Shown here piece after piece: positions 13,801 to 25,800 of a stretch of DNA of 64,000 nucleotides. A program made the position numbers and the translations under genes. The stretch is from an uncultured Planctomycetia bacterium (GTDB lineage: Bacteria > Omnitrophota > Gorgyraeia > 2-02-FULL-51-18). The notes beneath the pieces were generated by a model, which saw only the letters and a list, made by a program, of their open reading frames with translations, did not search any database and had not been told where the DNA came from. The DNA is taken from NCBI GenBank assembly GCA_964431835.1, contig CAYSKO010000009.1:8330-72329 (forward strand), read 5' to 3'. The stretch's first letter is position 1. Each line of letters opens with the position of its first letter.

Positions 13801-16800
13801 GAACGAAATCGAATGGCGCTACGAGCGCGCGGCCGGCGCTTCCGCTTCGAACGACCAGGCTTATATCGACGACGTGCTCGTCGCCATCACCAAGACCGAA
13901 GGGTTCTCCTATCCTGCGGGCACCGAGCTGGCCCTGCCGGCTGGTTACACCATGACGGGCGGCTGGAAGAACCAGAACAGCGACGCTTACGACGCGTTCG
14001 GTTTCGCAGCCCGCTCGGGCGCGATCGCCGCGGGTGGCAACTCGACGCTCACCAAGAGCGTGAACCTGGCGGCCGCCGGGAAGGTTTCCTTCCGCTGGAA
14101 GCTCGCCGGCGCGGTCGCGGGCGATACCTTCAAGATCCTCGTCGACGGCGTCGAGCAGACGGCCAAGACGGTGACGGCAGACACGGCGGGCTGGGTGCTC
14201 GCGACGGTGGATCTCGCCGCCGGCGCCCACAACCTCCAGTGGCGCTATGACCGCTCCGCTACGGCCCCGGTCTCCAACGACGGCGCGTACGTCGACGATA
14301 TCCGCGTCTTCACGGTCGGCACGTACGACCAGGGCTTCGTCAATACCACGCTTCCCTCGGACTTCTCGACGTCGACCAACAACTATGCTTCTGTCGACGT
14401 CGATGAGAACCAGGACCACGGCACCAATTCGAACTCGGTCCGCTTGTACGGCGGCTGGGACTATTGGACCCAGGGTGCGGCCTCCATCACGAAAAACGTC
14501 ACGCTCGATCAGGCCGGAGAAGTCAGCTTCTACTGGAAGACGGACATGCAGGGTTCGAGCGACTGGGCCAAATTCTACGTGGACGGCGTGCAGAGCGCGC
14601 AGGTGACGGCGGTGAGCCAAGACTGGACGCTCGTCACGATCAACCTGACGGCGGGCACGCACGCGCTGAAGTGGGAGAACAATAAAGGCATGTGGTCGTC
14701 CACCGGTCAGACGTGGGTGGACGACATCCAGATTACGAGCGCGCAGGTGGCCGGCTTCGAGGACGCGTTCCAGCCCCCGGCGTACGAGCCCTCGTTCGAT
14801 CCGCTCTCCGGCACCTGGTCGATGGCCGCCGCGGGTGCCAACAACACCGCGTACAAGGATTCCGGCACGGGCGAATGGAGCTACCACTCGTCGCAGCTCC
14901 AGGGCCAGACGGCCGAAAACGGCACCGTCGAGGCGCGCATCAAGGTCGACAGCACGAACACGAGCTACAACGATATGGCCTTCCTTAAATTCCGCATGTC
15001 GGCCGACGATTCGACAGGCTACGCGGTAAAGGTCGGACGCGACGATTACGTCTACCTGTACCGCATGGAGTCCGGCTCGTACACTCAGATCGGCAGCGCC
15101 TATCTTGGGGCCTCTTACGACGGGACGCAGTTCAACGACGTGAAGGTCTCGTTCAACGGTTCGGCGATGGAGGTGTTCGTGAACGGCACCTCGCGTATCA
15201 CCACCAGCGATTCGACCTACTCCGGCGCGAACAACAAGTCGGTCGCCGTGGGCACGTTCCACACGGGCGCTCCGATCTGGTTCGACGACGTGAAGGTTGT
15301 CGACGCCAAATTCTTCGATACGTTCACCCAGAAGAAGGACGCTCCGTTCACGCCCGGATCCGGGAACTGGGAATCCGCCGTGGACACCAACGGCAATGTC
15401 GCCTACCGGATCAAGAATATCAACGACGGCAATTACCACCGGTCCGTGTTGAACGGCGCTTCGGTGACGAACGGCGACGTGAGCGCGAAAATCCGCCTCG
15501 CGGGCTCGGCCGGATCGTGGAACTCGGACTACGCCTTCCTTTATTTCCGCACGAACGAGGACGCGTCGAGGGGCTACGCGGCGAAGATCGACGTGGACAA
15601 AAACCTCGTCCTCTACCGCTACGACAACGGCAGCTGGTGGGCGCTTTCGAGCGTGAACCTGGGCGCGTCGTACGACCCCGCGCTGTACCACGAGATCAAG
15701 GCGCGTCTCGACGGCGACTCGATCAAGATCCTCGTCGACGGCGTGGAAAAGACGAGCGCGACCGATTCCAACTTCACCGGCGCGGAATACGACGGGGTGG
15801 CGGTCGGCAACTACTACACGAGCGGCGACGTCTGGTTCGACGACGTGAAAGCGGTCGCCGACGAGGCTGTCGGAACGTTCTCGCAGGTGAAGGCCGCGCC
15901 CTTCAACGTATTGTCCGGCACCTGGGCGACGAAGAACGAGAACGGGAATATCGTCTACCGCGTCACCGACACAAACGTTTGGGACTTCCGCCGGAGCCTA
16001 ATGGAGGACATCGCCGTCAAGACCGGCGTGTACCAGGCGAAGATCCGGATCGACGGCAACAACTTCAATTACAACGAAAACGGCTACCTCTACTTCCGCA
16101 TGTCGGACGACGGTTCCACCGGCTATGCGGTCGAGCTCGACAAGAGCCGCAATTTGATTCTCTACCGCGTGACCAACGGCAGCTACCAGGCGCTCGCGTC
16201 GACGACGCTCGCGGTGCCCTTTAACCCGCAGGCCTTCAACACGCTGAAGGTCGAACTCGGGGACGCGGGGCTCATGAAGGTCTACGTGAACGGCGCGGCG
16301 ACCGCGTCGCTCACCTTCAGCGACGCGACCTACTTCACGGACGCCAACGTGCGCGTCGGCGCGGGCAGTTACCACACCTCGATGGGCGTGACGTTCGACG
16401 ACTTCTACACGGAGAACGCCTCCGTCCTCAAGGAAGCGTTCGACCGCATCAAACCCTTCCCGTTCACCGCCCTATCGGGAACCTGGACCACGCTGGACGC
16501 GGGCGACGGCAACAAAGGCTACGCGCAGACGGGGACGGGGAACAATTACCGCATGGCCCGCATGGACGGCAAGATCCTCACCGACGGCATCCTGCAGGGC
16601 GACGTGAAGCTGAACGGCACGAGCGCGACGGACGAGGCGCACTTCATGTTCCGCATGGACGCGAACTTAAACAACGGTAACGCGGTCGGCCTCGACCGCG
16701 CAGGCAACCTGCGCCTCTACCGGGTGACCAACAACGGCTGGGGTCCGAGCTACCAGGAGATCAGGAAGGTCGTCCTCGCCGGCTTCAACCCCGCGCTCAA

Positions 16801-19800
16801 GCATAACCTTAAGGTCGTGGTCCGCGACGAGACGGTGACCGTGTTCGTGGATGGCGCCACGGCTCCCACCCTCACGTACACGGACGAGACGAGCGACTAC
16901 ATTTATTCGGGCGCCTCGCAGACCGGCGTCGCCCTCTCGACTGTCAACCTGACGGGCGCGGCGATCTTCGACGATTTCGCGGCCACGAAGGACCCTGCGC
17001 GCGATAATCTGAATCCGGTGAAGCCCGTCCAGTTTACGCCGCAGCAGGGCACGTGGGGCATGGCGGACGACGGCAATGGCAACATCGCGTATCGCGAAAA
17101 GAAAATCAACGACTGGAACGCCCACCTCGCGTACATCGAAGATCTCGAGGCCGAGGACGGCGAGATTGAGGCAAAGGTCCGCATCGACGGCCGCGCGGCG
17201 AATTCCACCGACGCCGCCTACGTGTACTTCCGCACCGACCAGTGGCGCGGCAACGGTTACGCGGCCCGCATCGACGTGGACGGCCTCGTGAAGCTCTACC
17301 GCTACAGCGGCAATTCCTACACCGAGATCGGTACCGCTTCGCTGGGTGCCTCGTTCGATCCGGCGCTCTACCACACGCTGAAAGTCGCCTACGACGGCTC
17401 GGACATCCGCGTGTCCGTCGACGGCGTCCAGAAGATCGCCGTCGACGACGACACTTACGCCGGCTCGAGCTACGTGTACGCGGCGATCGGGACCCAGAAC
17501 ACGAGCGGCCCTGTGTGGTTCGACGACGTGCGCGCGAACTTCACGCCCGTGCGCGACAACTTCACGAAGCTGAGTGCGGTGAACTTTACTCCCGTGTCCG
17601 ACGGCGGCCGCTGGAAGCAGACCGACGACGGCGGCGGGCTGTGGCGGTATTCCCAGACGCGACTGGATACCCAGCGCCACCTCACTCAGATGAACGGCGT
17701 TTCGGTGACCGACGGCACGATCCGCGCGTCGGTGCGCATCACGGGCACCGATTCGACCGACGCCGCCTACGTGTACTTCCGCATGAACTCGCAGCTTTCG
17801 AACGGCTACGCGGTCTCGATCTCGCGCGACAAGTCGATCCGCATCCACCGGATGTTGAACGGCGTGTACACGACGCTGAAGACGGTGTCGCTCGGCGCGT
17901 CGTTCGACCCCGCGGCGTTCCATAATCTCCGCATCGAGACCGAGGGTGCGATGATCAAAGTGTTCGTCGACGGCGCCGCGCAGCCGGCCGCTCACATCAC
18001 CGACACGACGTGGTCCGGCGCCTCGCAGGCGACGGTCGCGCTTGGCACGCACGACCTCTCGGGCGCCGTTTCCTTCGACGACGTTTCCGCCACGAAGGCG
18101 CCGCAGGTCGACGACCGCTTCACGCTCACGCCCGCTGTCACCGGCTTCACGCCGCTCGCCGACCAGGGCGACTGGAAGGCGATGGACGACCGCACCAACG
18201 ACTTCAAGTACGTCCAGACGAAGGTCGACGGCCTCGTGCACCGCGCGCAGGTCGACGGGGCTTCGACGCTGAACGGCGACGTCACCGCGAAGGTGCGCCT
18301 GGACGGCAAAGGCGAGGCGATGATCTTCTTCCGGAACGCCGCCGACCTGAAATCCGGTCTCGTCACCTCGCTCGACGCCGACGGTCGCCTGCACGTCTAC
18401 AGTTACACGACGGCCGCCAACGGCACGATGACTTTCACCGACGTGACCGCTCCCGTCCAAATGCCCGCTTCTTTCGACCGCTCCGCCTACCACACGATCC
18501 GCGTCTCGATGGACGGCGGCGTGGTTCGCGTGTTCGTCGATGGCGCGCAGAACCCTTCGTCGACGTACGTCCACTACGATATCCGCAATGAGTCCTCGGC
18601 GTCCACGCAGGTACTGATCGGCACGCGCGGCGCCGAGTCGTTCGTCTGGTTCGACGACGTGAAGGTCGAGAAGAATACGAGCTGGAAACCGGTCTACGCC
18701 GGCCCCGCGACTTCGCCGCACCAGATGTTCCACTTGGAGAAGGCCGCCACGGGCACGCAGATCATGCCCGACGGATTCGAGACGACCGACGCCCTCGTTC
18801 AGAATAAGACGAGCTCCAACTGGGTCGCCAACGGCGTCCTCATCAATCCCGCCGGCCGCCGCGCGGTGGTCAAGAGCGCCCTGTCGGGCGTCGACCAGGG
18901 CGAGCAGACCCTCCGCTTCGGAGACCAGGTCATCTCGATGAAGGATGTCCGTGTGTTCGTGAACGGCCAACTTACCGATCTCTCGACGCTCCAGGGGAGC
19001 TTGAGCGAAGCCGCGGCCAACGACGAAGTTCTCGAACTTTCCTCCGACACCCTCATCAAGCGCGAGCGGAACGGCCGGTGGACGCCGTTCGTCAATTTCG
19101 TGAACCTGAGCCGCCGCTCCCGCACCGCGAAGATCGCCTCCGATTCACCGATCGAGGACGTCGTCGTGGGTACTTCGACGATGCGGATCGGCGACATGGA
19201 CGTGCGTATGCCCGACGGGTGGCGTGTGAACTTCTATCCGTGCGCGATCGGGCAAGGTTGCATGCCGACGCAGATCTCCTCGATCACGGCGCTCCGACAG
19301 AAACTCCTCGAGATTCAGGCGGACCGCGCCCGTGCTGTCCTCGAGGACGCGCAGGACCTGCGCCGCACGTCCTCCGGCGAGTGGACGTTCGGCAATTCCA
19401 CGATTGACCTCCGCATGACCGCGACTCCGGCCACGACGCTGGCGGTAGGCAGCCTGCTCGCCTCGGTCGACGACGGCCCCGGGAAGACGTTCTCCACCAC
19501 GGACGGGACTCCGATCAAGACCGTGGGACGCAAGGCCTGGTGGTACAACAACGGCCAGTACGAGGAAATCAGCCTCACGTCGCTGAAGAACAAGCTCGCC
19601 GCGATCCAGGCGGCCGGAGACCGCATCCGCGTTGACGGCCAGTACGGTAACCAGAACGGGCACCTGCTTCGCGAGAATGCCTCCGGCGATTGGGAGCTCA
19701 CGCAGGATATCTACTTCCGCATGTCGGAGCCCGTTGCGACGCTCGGCGCCCAGTCGGTCCTCAAGACTGTCACGGTCGAAGGGGCGGACGGAACGCTCAC

Positions 19801-22800
19801 ATGGATCGACGGCCAGGCCGTACGGCTCGACGACCGCAAAATCTATTGGAACTACCAGGAAATTTCGATCGCAGCTCTGCGCGACAACCTCCAGGCCGCG
19901 GACCTCGAGAACCTCAAGGTACTTCTCTCGAGCCAGGTGCGCATGCGCAAGAATTCATCCGGAGTATGGTCGTTCGCCGACGACCTCCGCTTCGAAACCG
20001 GAGCGCGGTCCGCGGGCCGGCTGATGGCCGACGCGCTCGTGTCCTCCGTTCAGGACGCCGCCGCCCAGAATACGATCACGATGATCGACGGTCGCGCGAT
20101 CAAACTCGGCTCTTTCCAGATTTACTGGTGGAACGGGGTTATGTACGAGACGCTCAGCCTCACCGCATTCAAGGGCAAAGTCGACGCGGCCCAGATCGCG
20201 GGCGACAAGGTCTTCACGCGCGCCGCGGACTACTGGAACAACTCGTATGAAGTCCGAAAGAACGCCGCCGGCGAATGGGAATTCGCGCAGAACGTGTATT
20301 TCGGCGTTTCTTCCCAGACTGCGGCGATCGCCGTGGACTCGCTCTTGACGGCCGCCTCGGCCAACGCGCCCGCGACGATCACCCTTCTCGACGGACAGTC
20401 GCTCGCGATCGGCTCGAAGAAGATCTACTGGTGGAACGGGACCGCCGACGTCGAGATCAGCGCCGCCGTGCTCGTCGAAAAGATCGGCCTCATCCAGACC
20501 CGCGGCGACAAGGTTTCCTTCCGCGTGCGCGCCGCCATCAAGAAGTCCGGTTCCGACTGGGTGCTCGACGAGGACCTGCGCCTGATGGCGACGGGGTCCG
20601 CTTCCGGCATCGCTCCGGATTCGCTCCTGACGTCGGTCACGACGGGCTCCGGCGGGGCACTCAGCTTCCTCCAGGGTCTCGACGTGAAGATGAACGGCAA
20701 AAAGATTTTCTGGTTCAACGGAACCACCACTCAGGAGATCGACGCGGCGGGCCTCGCGCAAAAGATCGTCGACGCCAACACGTTTGGCGGCCGCGTTCGC
20801 ACCCGCAACCTGAACACGTACCCGGTCTCGATGTTCGGCATCCGCAAGGCCGACACCGGCGAGTGGCAGCTGTCCCAGGACATCACGTTCGAAGCGACCC
20901 AAACGACCGCGAGCCTCCGTCTCGACACTCCGGTCACGGCCGTCAACACTGCGAACGGCGGTTCGTTCCAGCTGTCCGACGGATCGTGGGTCAAGATGAA
21001 CGGCAAGCTCGTTTACTGGGGCCACGCCACGACGCAGACGATCGCGCTCTCCACGCTCGCGAGCTACGTTCAGCAGGCCAACGACGCCGGCACCCGCACC
21101 CACGTGACTTGGGGCAACATGGGATGGTCTCGTAAAGAAACGTTCGCCATGCGCAAGGTCTCCGACACGGAATGGGAGCTCACCGAGGACATCTTCATGA
21201 TGACCGACGTCTGGCCGGGCTCCACCTTCGGGCAGAGCACCCTCGTGAGCGCCGTCGACGCGGGCGCCGTGCCGTCGGTCTCGTTCGGAAGCCAGACAGT
21301 TCTCCTCGGAAGTCAGACGATCACTTGGCACGACGGCGCGACCTCGACCACGATTTCCGCGGCCACGCTCGCGGGATACCTCGACGCCGCCCGCGCGAGC
21401 GGCGACAAGATCTCTCTCAAGCTTGCCAACGGAATGACCAAGAACGCCTCCGGCCAGTGGACGCTGACGGGAACGCTTCAGGTCGAGGCCTTCCCCAAAC
21501 TCGGGACGTTCGCCGCAAGCTCTCTTCTCAAGGCGGTCTCGGCGTCGCCCGCCACCTACACGCTCTACGACGGTCAGCCGGTCAAGCTCGACGGCGCGCA
21601 GATGAACTGGTGGAATGGCACCGCGAGCGTGGCGATTTCGGCCGCGGACCTTGCCATCAAGATCGCCGAAGCCGCCGCGGTCAACGGCCGCGTGGAACTT
21701 AAGAACGCCGCCGGCGTGCGCAAGGCCGGTTCGGATTGGATCGCCACGGGGCCCGTCACCTTCCAGGCCGTCGAGCAGAAGGCGACGCTCGCGCTCGGCG
21801 CGGTCATCACCGCGGCCACCGGCACGGACACGATTTCGCTCCTCGGCGGCGATGCGGTAAAGATCGCCGGACGCAAAATTTACTGGTGGAACGGCACGGG
21901 TTACGACGAGGTGGACGTGCCCACGCTCGCGACGAATCTTGCGCTGACGGCCACCGCCGGTAAGAAAGCGCTCCTGCGCGTCCCCAACGAGACCCGCCGG
22001 AACGTGGCCAACGAGCTTGAATTCACTCAGAACGTCTACCTCGGTGCGTCCGACTCGCTTCTGACGGTCGACCGGAACTCGATGATCCTGTCCGCGAACG
22101 CGGCCGGCACGATCACTCTCCTTAGCGGCCAGGCGATCAAGCTCGGAGCGTTCACGGTCCGTTGGCAGGAAAACGGCACCATCCAGGACCTGACCGCCGC
22201 GCAGTTTGCGGAAAAGGTCGGAACCCAGGCGGGCCTCGGCAACCGTATCGGAGCCCTTGCGAATCTCGCGGCGCGCCGTGCGACCAATGGGGACTGGGAA
22301 TTCACCTCTGCGCCGCTCTTCGGCCCGATCGAGACGCTCAGCGCGATCGACGCGGATGCGCCGGTCGGCGGGATCAACCTTGTGAATGGCACGATCCGCA
22401 TCGGTACCCGCGACATCGTGCTGCCGGCGGGCGGGATCTCGGTCACCTTCACCAACGAGAACGGCGTTTCCGAAACCCTTACCACGCTGGCGGACCTCAA
22501 GAACCGCATCGATCAGGCCCTGCAGAACGGACTCGGCATCCTGACGTACGACCCTGCGACACCGATCACAATCCGGAAAGAAGGCGCCGTCTGGAAGATC
22601 GTGACCGGCAACTTCAAGCTGAAGACCTCGTCCGACCGCGCGACCCTGCGGACCGGTTCGCTCGTCGAGGCCGTGGACGTCACAAACAAGAAGGTCACCA
22701 TTGGCGGCACCACCTACCAGATGAGCGCCACGGCCACGGTCCGCTGGTGGAATCAGCCGATGAACCGTTACGACGTGATCACGGCGACGACGCTCCAGCA

Positions 22801-25800
22801 TTACCTGACCGAATACATCGACAATTGGAACGGCGTCGCGGGCTTCAACCTCGAGAAAGCCGCGTACCTGATCGAGGTGCGGGACGATCTGCAGGCTCGC
22901 CGCGCCAACGACGGCACGTGGCACTTCGCGACCGAGAACCTTTACTTCAAGCCGACGCTGGCCACGGCGACCATCACGAAGGACTCGACCGTTCAGAGCT
23001 ACGACGGCGTGAACATCACCTTCGCCGGTGGCCGCAAGGTGCGCCGCTATCATACCGCCGGTATTAGTTGGCAGACCGCCCAGAATTGCTGGAACTGCTA
23101 CGAAAACATCTCCGACGACGAGTTCGCGCGCCGCATCGCCCTAGCGGCCCAGGAAGGCCGCGTCATCAAGCTCGAGTACGACGAAACCGTTTACGTCGAC
23201 GCCAACGGCGAATACCGCTTCGACACCGTCCCCGTGTTCGTGAACGTGATTCCGACGATCTCGCTCGCGGAAGGCTCGGCGGTCGACGGTGCGAGCGGAA
23301 TCAACAAGAGCGTCAGCATCAGCGGCATGGAGATCGTTGTCCCGACGACGCCGGGCGGATGGAACCAGCCCTACGGCGAATACATCGGCTGGCGCGACAA
23401 TAACTGCGGATCTTCGCTCTGCCCCGAGCAGTCGCTTAGCATTGTCGAGTTCGCCGCGAAGATCGTGGAAGCGCAGAAGACCGGCCGCAAGGTCAAAACT
23501 TATCAGGAGACGAAGTTCAAACAAACCGAGAGCGGCTGGATCTTCGAAGGCCGCCCGGTGTTCGGCTACGCCGAAGCCGTCGCCACCGCGACGATCCAGC
23601 TGAATGCGCTGATCACGGGCCTCACGAAGACCGAAACGCGCAAGAGCATCAACTTCGGCGGCCTCGACGTGAAGGTCCCCGACAACACGATCCTCTACTG
23701 GTTCGACGGCTACTATCAGCAGCTCAATTTCGACCAGTTCAAGGCCCGCGTCGAGCAGACGATCGCCGCAGGCGAGAGGGTCGAGACCTACCTCGGCGAC
23801 CACTATATGAAGCGCACGGGCGAAGGCTGGGAGCTCACCTCGAACCCGCTCTATCTCTTCCGCAAGCCGGCCTCCAGCTCCATGAATCAGAGCGTGCTTC
23901 GCGATTTCAACGGCAACGTCTCGGCCGTCAACGCCTCTGCCAAAAAGCTCACCGTCAACGGCCTTGAGATCGAGACCATCGACGAGACGGTCATCCTGAA
24001 CGGCATCGTGATCCCGCTTTCCGAGCTTGCGACGCACGTGGGCGGCGCGGATTCACTGACGCTTCGCGAAGGCGACATCGTCTACGAAAACGGCGCGTGG
24101 AAGTTCCGTGCGCGCGCCACGATCTTCACCCGCGTCACGACGCTCGCGGATGTGAAGGGCCCGCTCACGGCCGTCGACAAGATCAAGAAGACGGTCACGA
24201 TCGGCGGTATCGTGATGACGGTGCTCGAAGGATCCAACGTAACGGTCGACGGAGTGGGCTATTCGATCGACGCTCTGGCCGAGAAGCTCGAGCAGAGCCG
24301 CTCGGCGAACCTGCCGATCTGGATCGACGATGTGCTGGGCGGCATCAACGACACTCCGACCGGCTGGGTCGTCCGCGGCAACCTCATCATGAAGACGCAG
24401 ACCACGACCCTGGGCTCGTTCGCCGGCAAGCTCGAGCGGATCAACGCGGGCAACCGCACGATCGAGGTGAACGGGATGCGGATGGTGGTCACCGAAGGCG
24501 CCAAATTCACGGTCGACAGCAAGCAGGTCGGTCTCAAGGAGCTCGAGCAAATCCTCCGCGGGAACCAGGATATCGGCGCGGTCACGTGGCTCAAACTGGC
24601 CGAAGTGCGTTACGGCGCCGCGGGCTGGGAGATCGGCGGAGGCACCTTCGAGACGAAGAAGGTCGTGCTCGGCGACGTCACCGGCACGGTCGCGTCGGTG
24701 GACGCGACAACAGGAACGATCCTCGTGAACGGCCGCACGCTGAACATCGGCTCGAAACCGGCCGCCGGATGGACGCTCGACGGAACCACCTACGATTACC
24801 TGACGTTCGTCGCGAAGCTTTCCGAAGCGCGCGGCAAGGGACACGTTGTCCGGCTCAACAATTCACGCGTGATCGACACTCCGAAGGGCCTTTCGATCGA
24901 CGGCCTCGTGAACCTTACGACGACCTCCAAGTTCGTCGAAAAGAACGTGAACATGGAAGTCACCGCACTCGGCACGCTCTCCGACGGCACGAAGACGGTA
25001 ACCGCGGGTGGCCGAGTGATCCGCGTGCCTTCGAACATGTCATGGAAGCTCGACGGCAATTACGTCACGTTCGACGCGGTCTCGGCACGCCTGGCTCAGA
25101 TCATCGCGATGAACGGTTCGTTCCGCCTGAATGGAGTCCAGATGGAAGAAGGCCCGAACGGTTGGTCGCTCGTCCCGATGGCGACGACGACGCAGTGGGG
25201 CTGGGTCACCATGGATTACGACATCAAGTTCCAATCGTTGACCGACACGCAGACCCTGACGAGCGGCACCCTGACGGCGGTCGATCCCGCCGCGGCCCAG
25301 CTCACCGTCGTGGTCTCTGGCCGCACGATCAAGCTCCCGGCGTCGACGAGCATCCAGCTCGACGGCGCGTGGTCCAATCTGGTCACGCTCAAGCAGAAGA
25401 TGCTCGACGCGGCGGCCGCAGGCGGCATCATCGAGATTCAGAACGCGGCGATGCGTTGGGAAGCAACCGGCTGGGTCATCACCTCTGCCTCCTTCGTCAC
25501 GCGACTGGCCTCGCAGTCGCTCTTCTTCGGAACGGTCACCGCCGCAAGCTCCTCGACCACGCCGCCCACACTCAGCGCCAACGGGCGCACGGTCAACATG
25601 ACGAGCGTGAATCTGTACGTCGACAACCAGTACACGACGCTCGCGGCGTTCCGCGACCGTTTGGCGCTGGCCGAATCGAAAGGCGAGAGCTTCGAATTCC
25701 TGAACTCCTCGCTCCGTTTCACGAAGGACGGCTGGGTGCCGGATACGACCACTTTCTACGTGCGCACGCGCTCGGTCTCCGAAACCTTCGGCGGGGTCAT

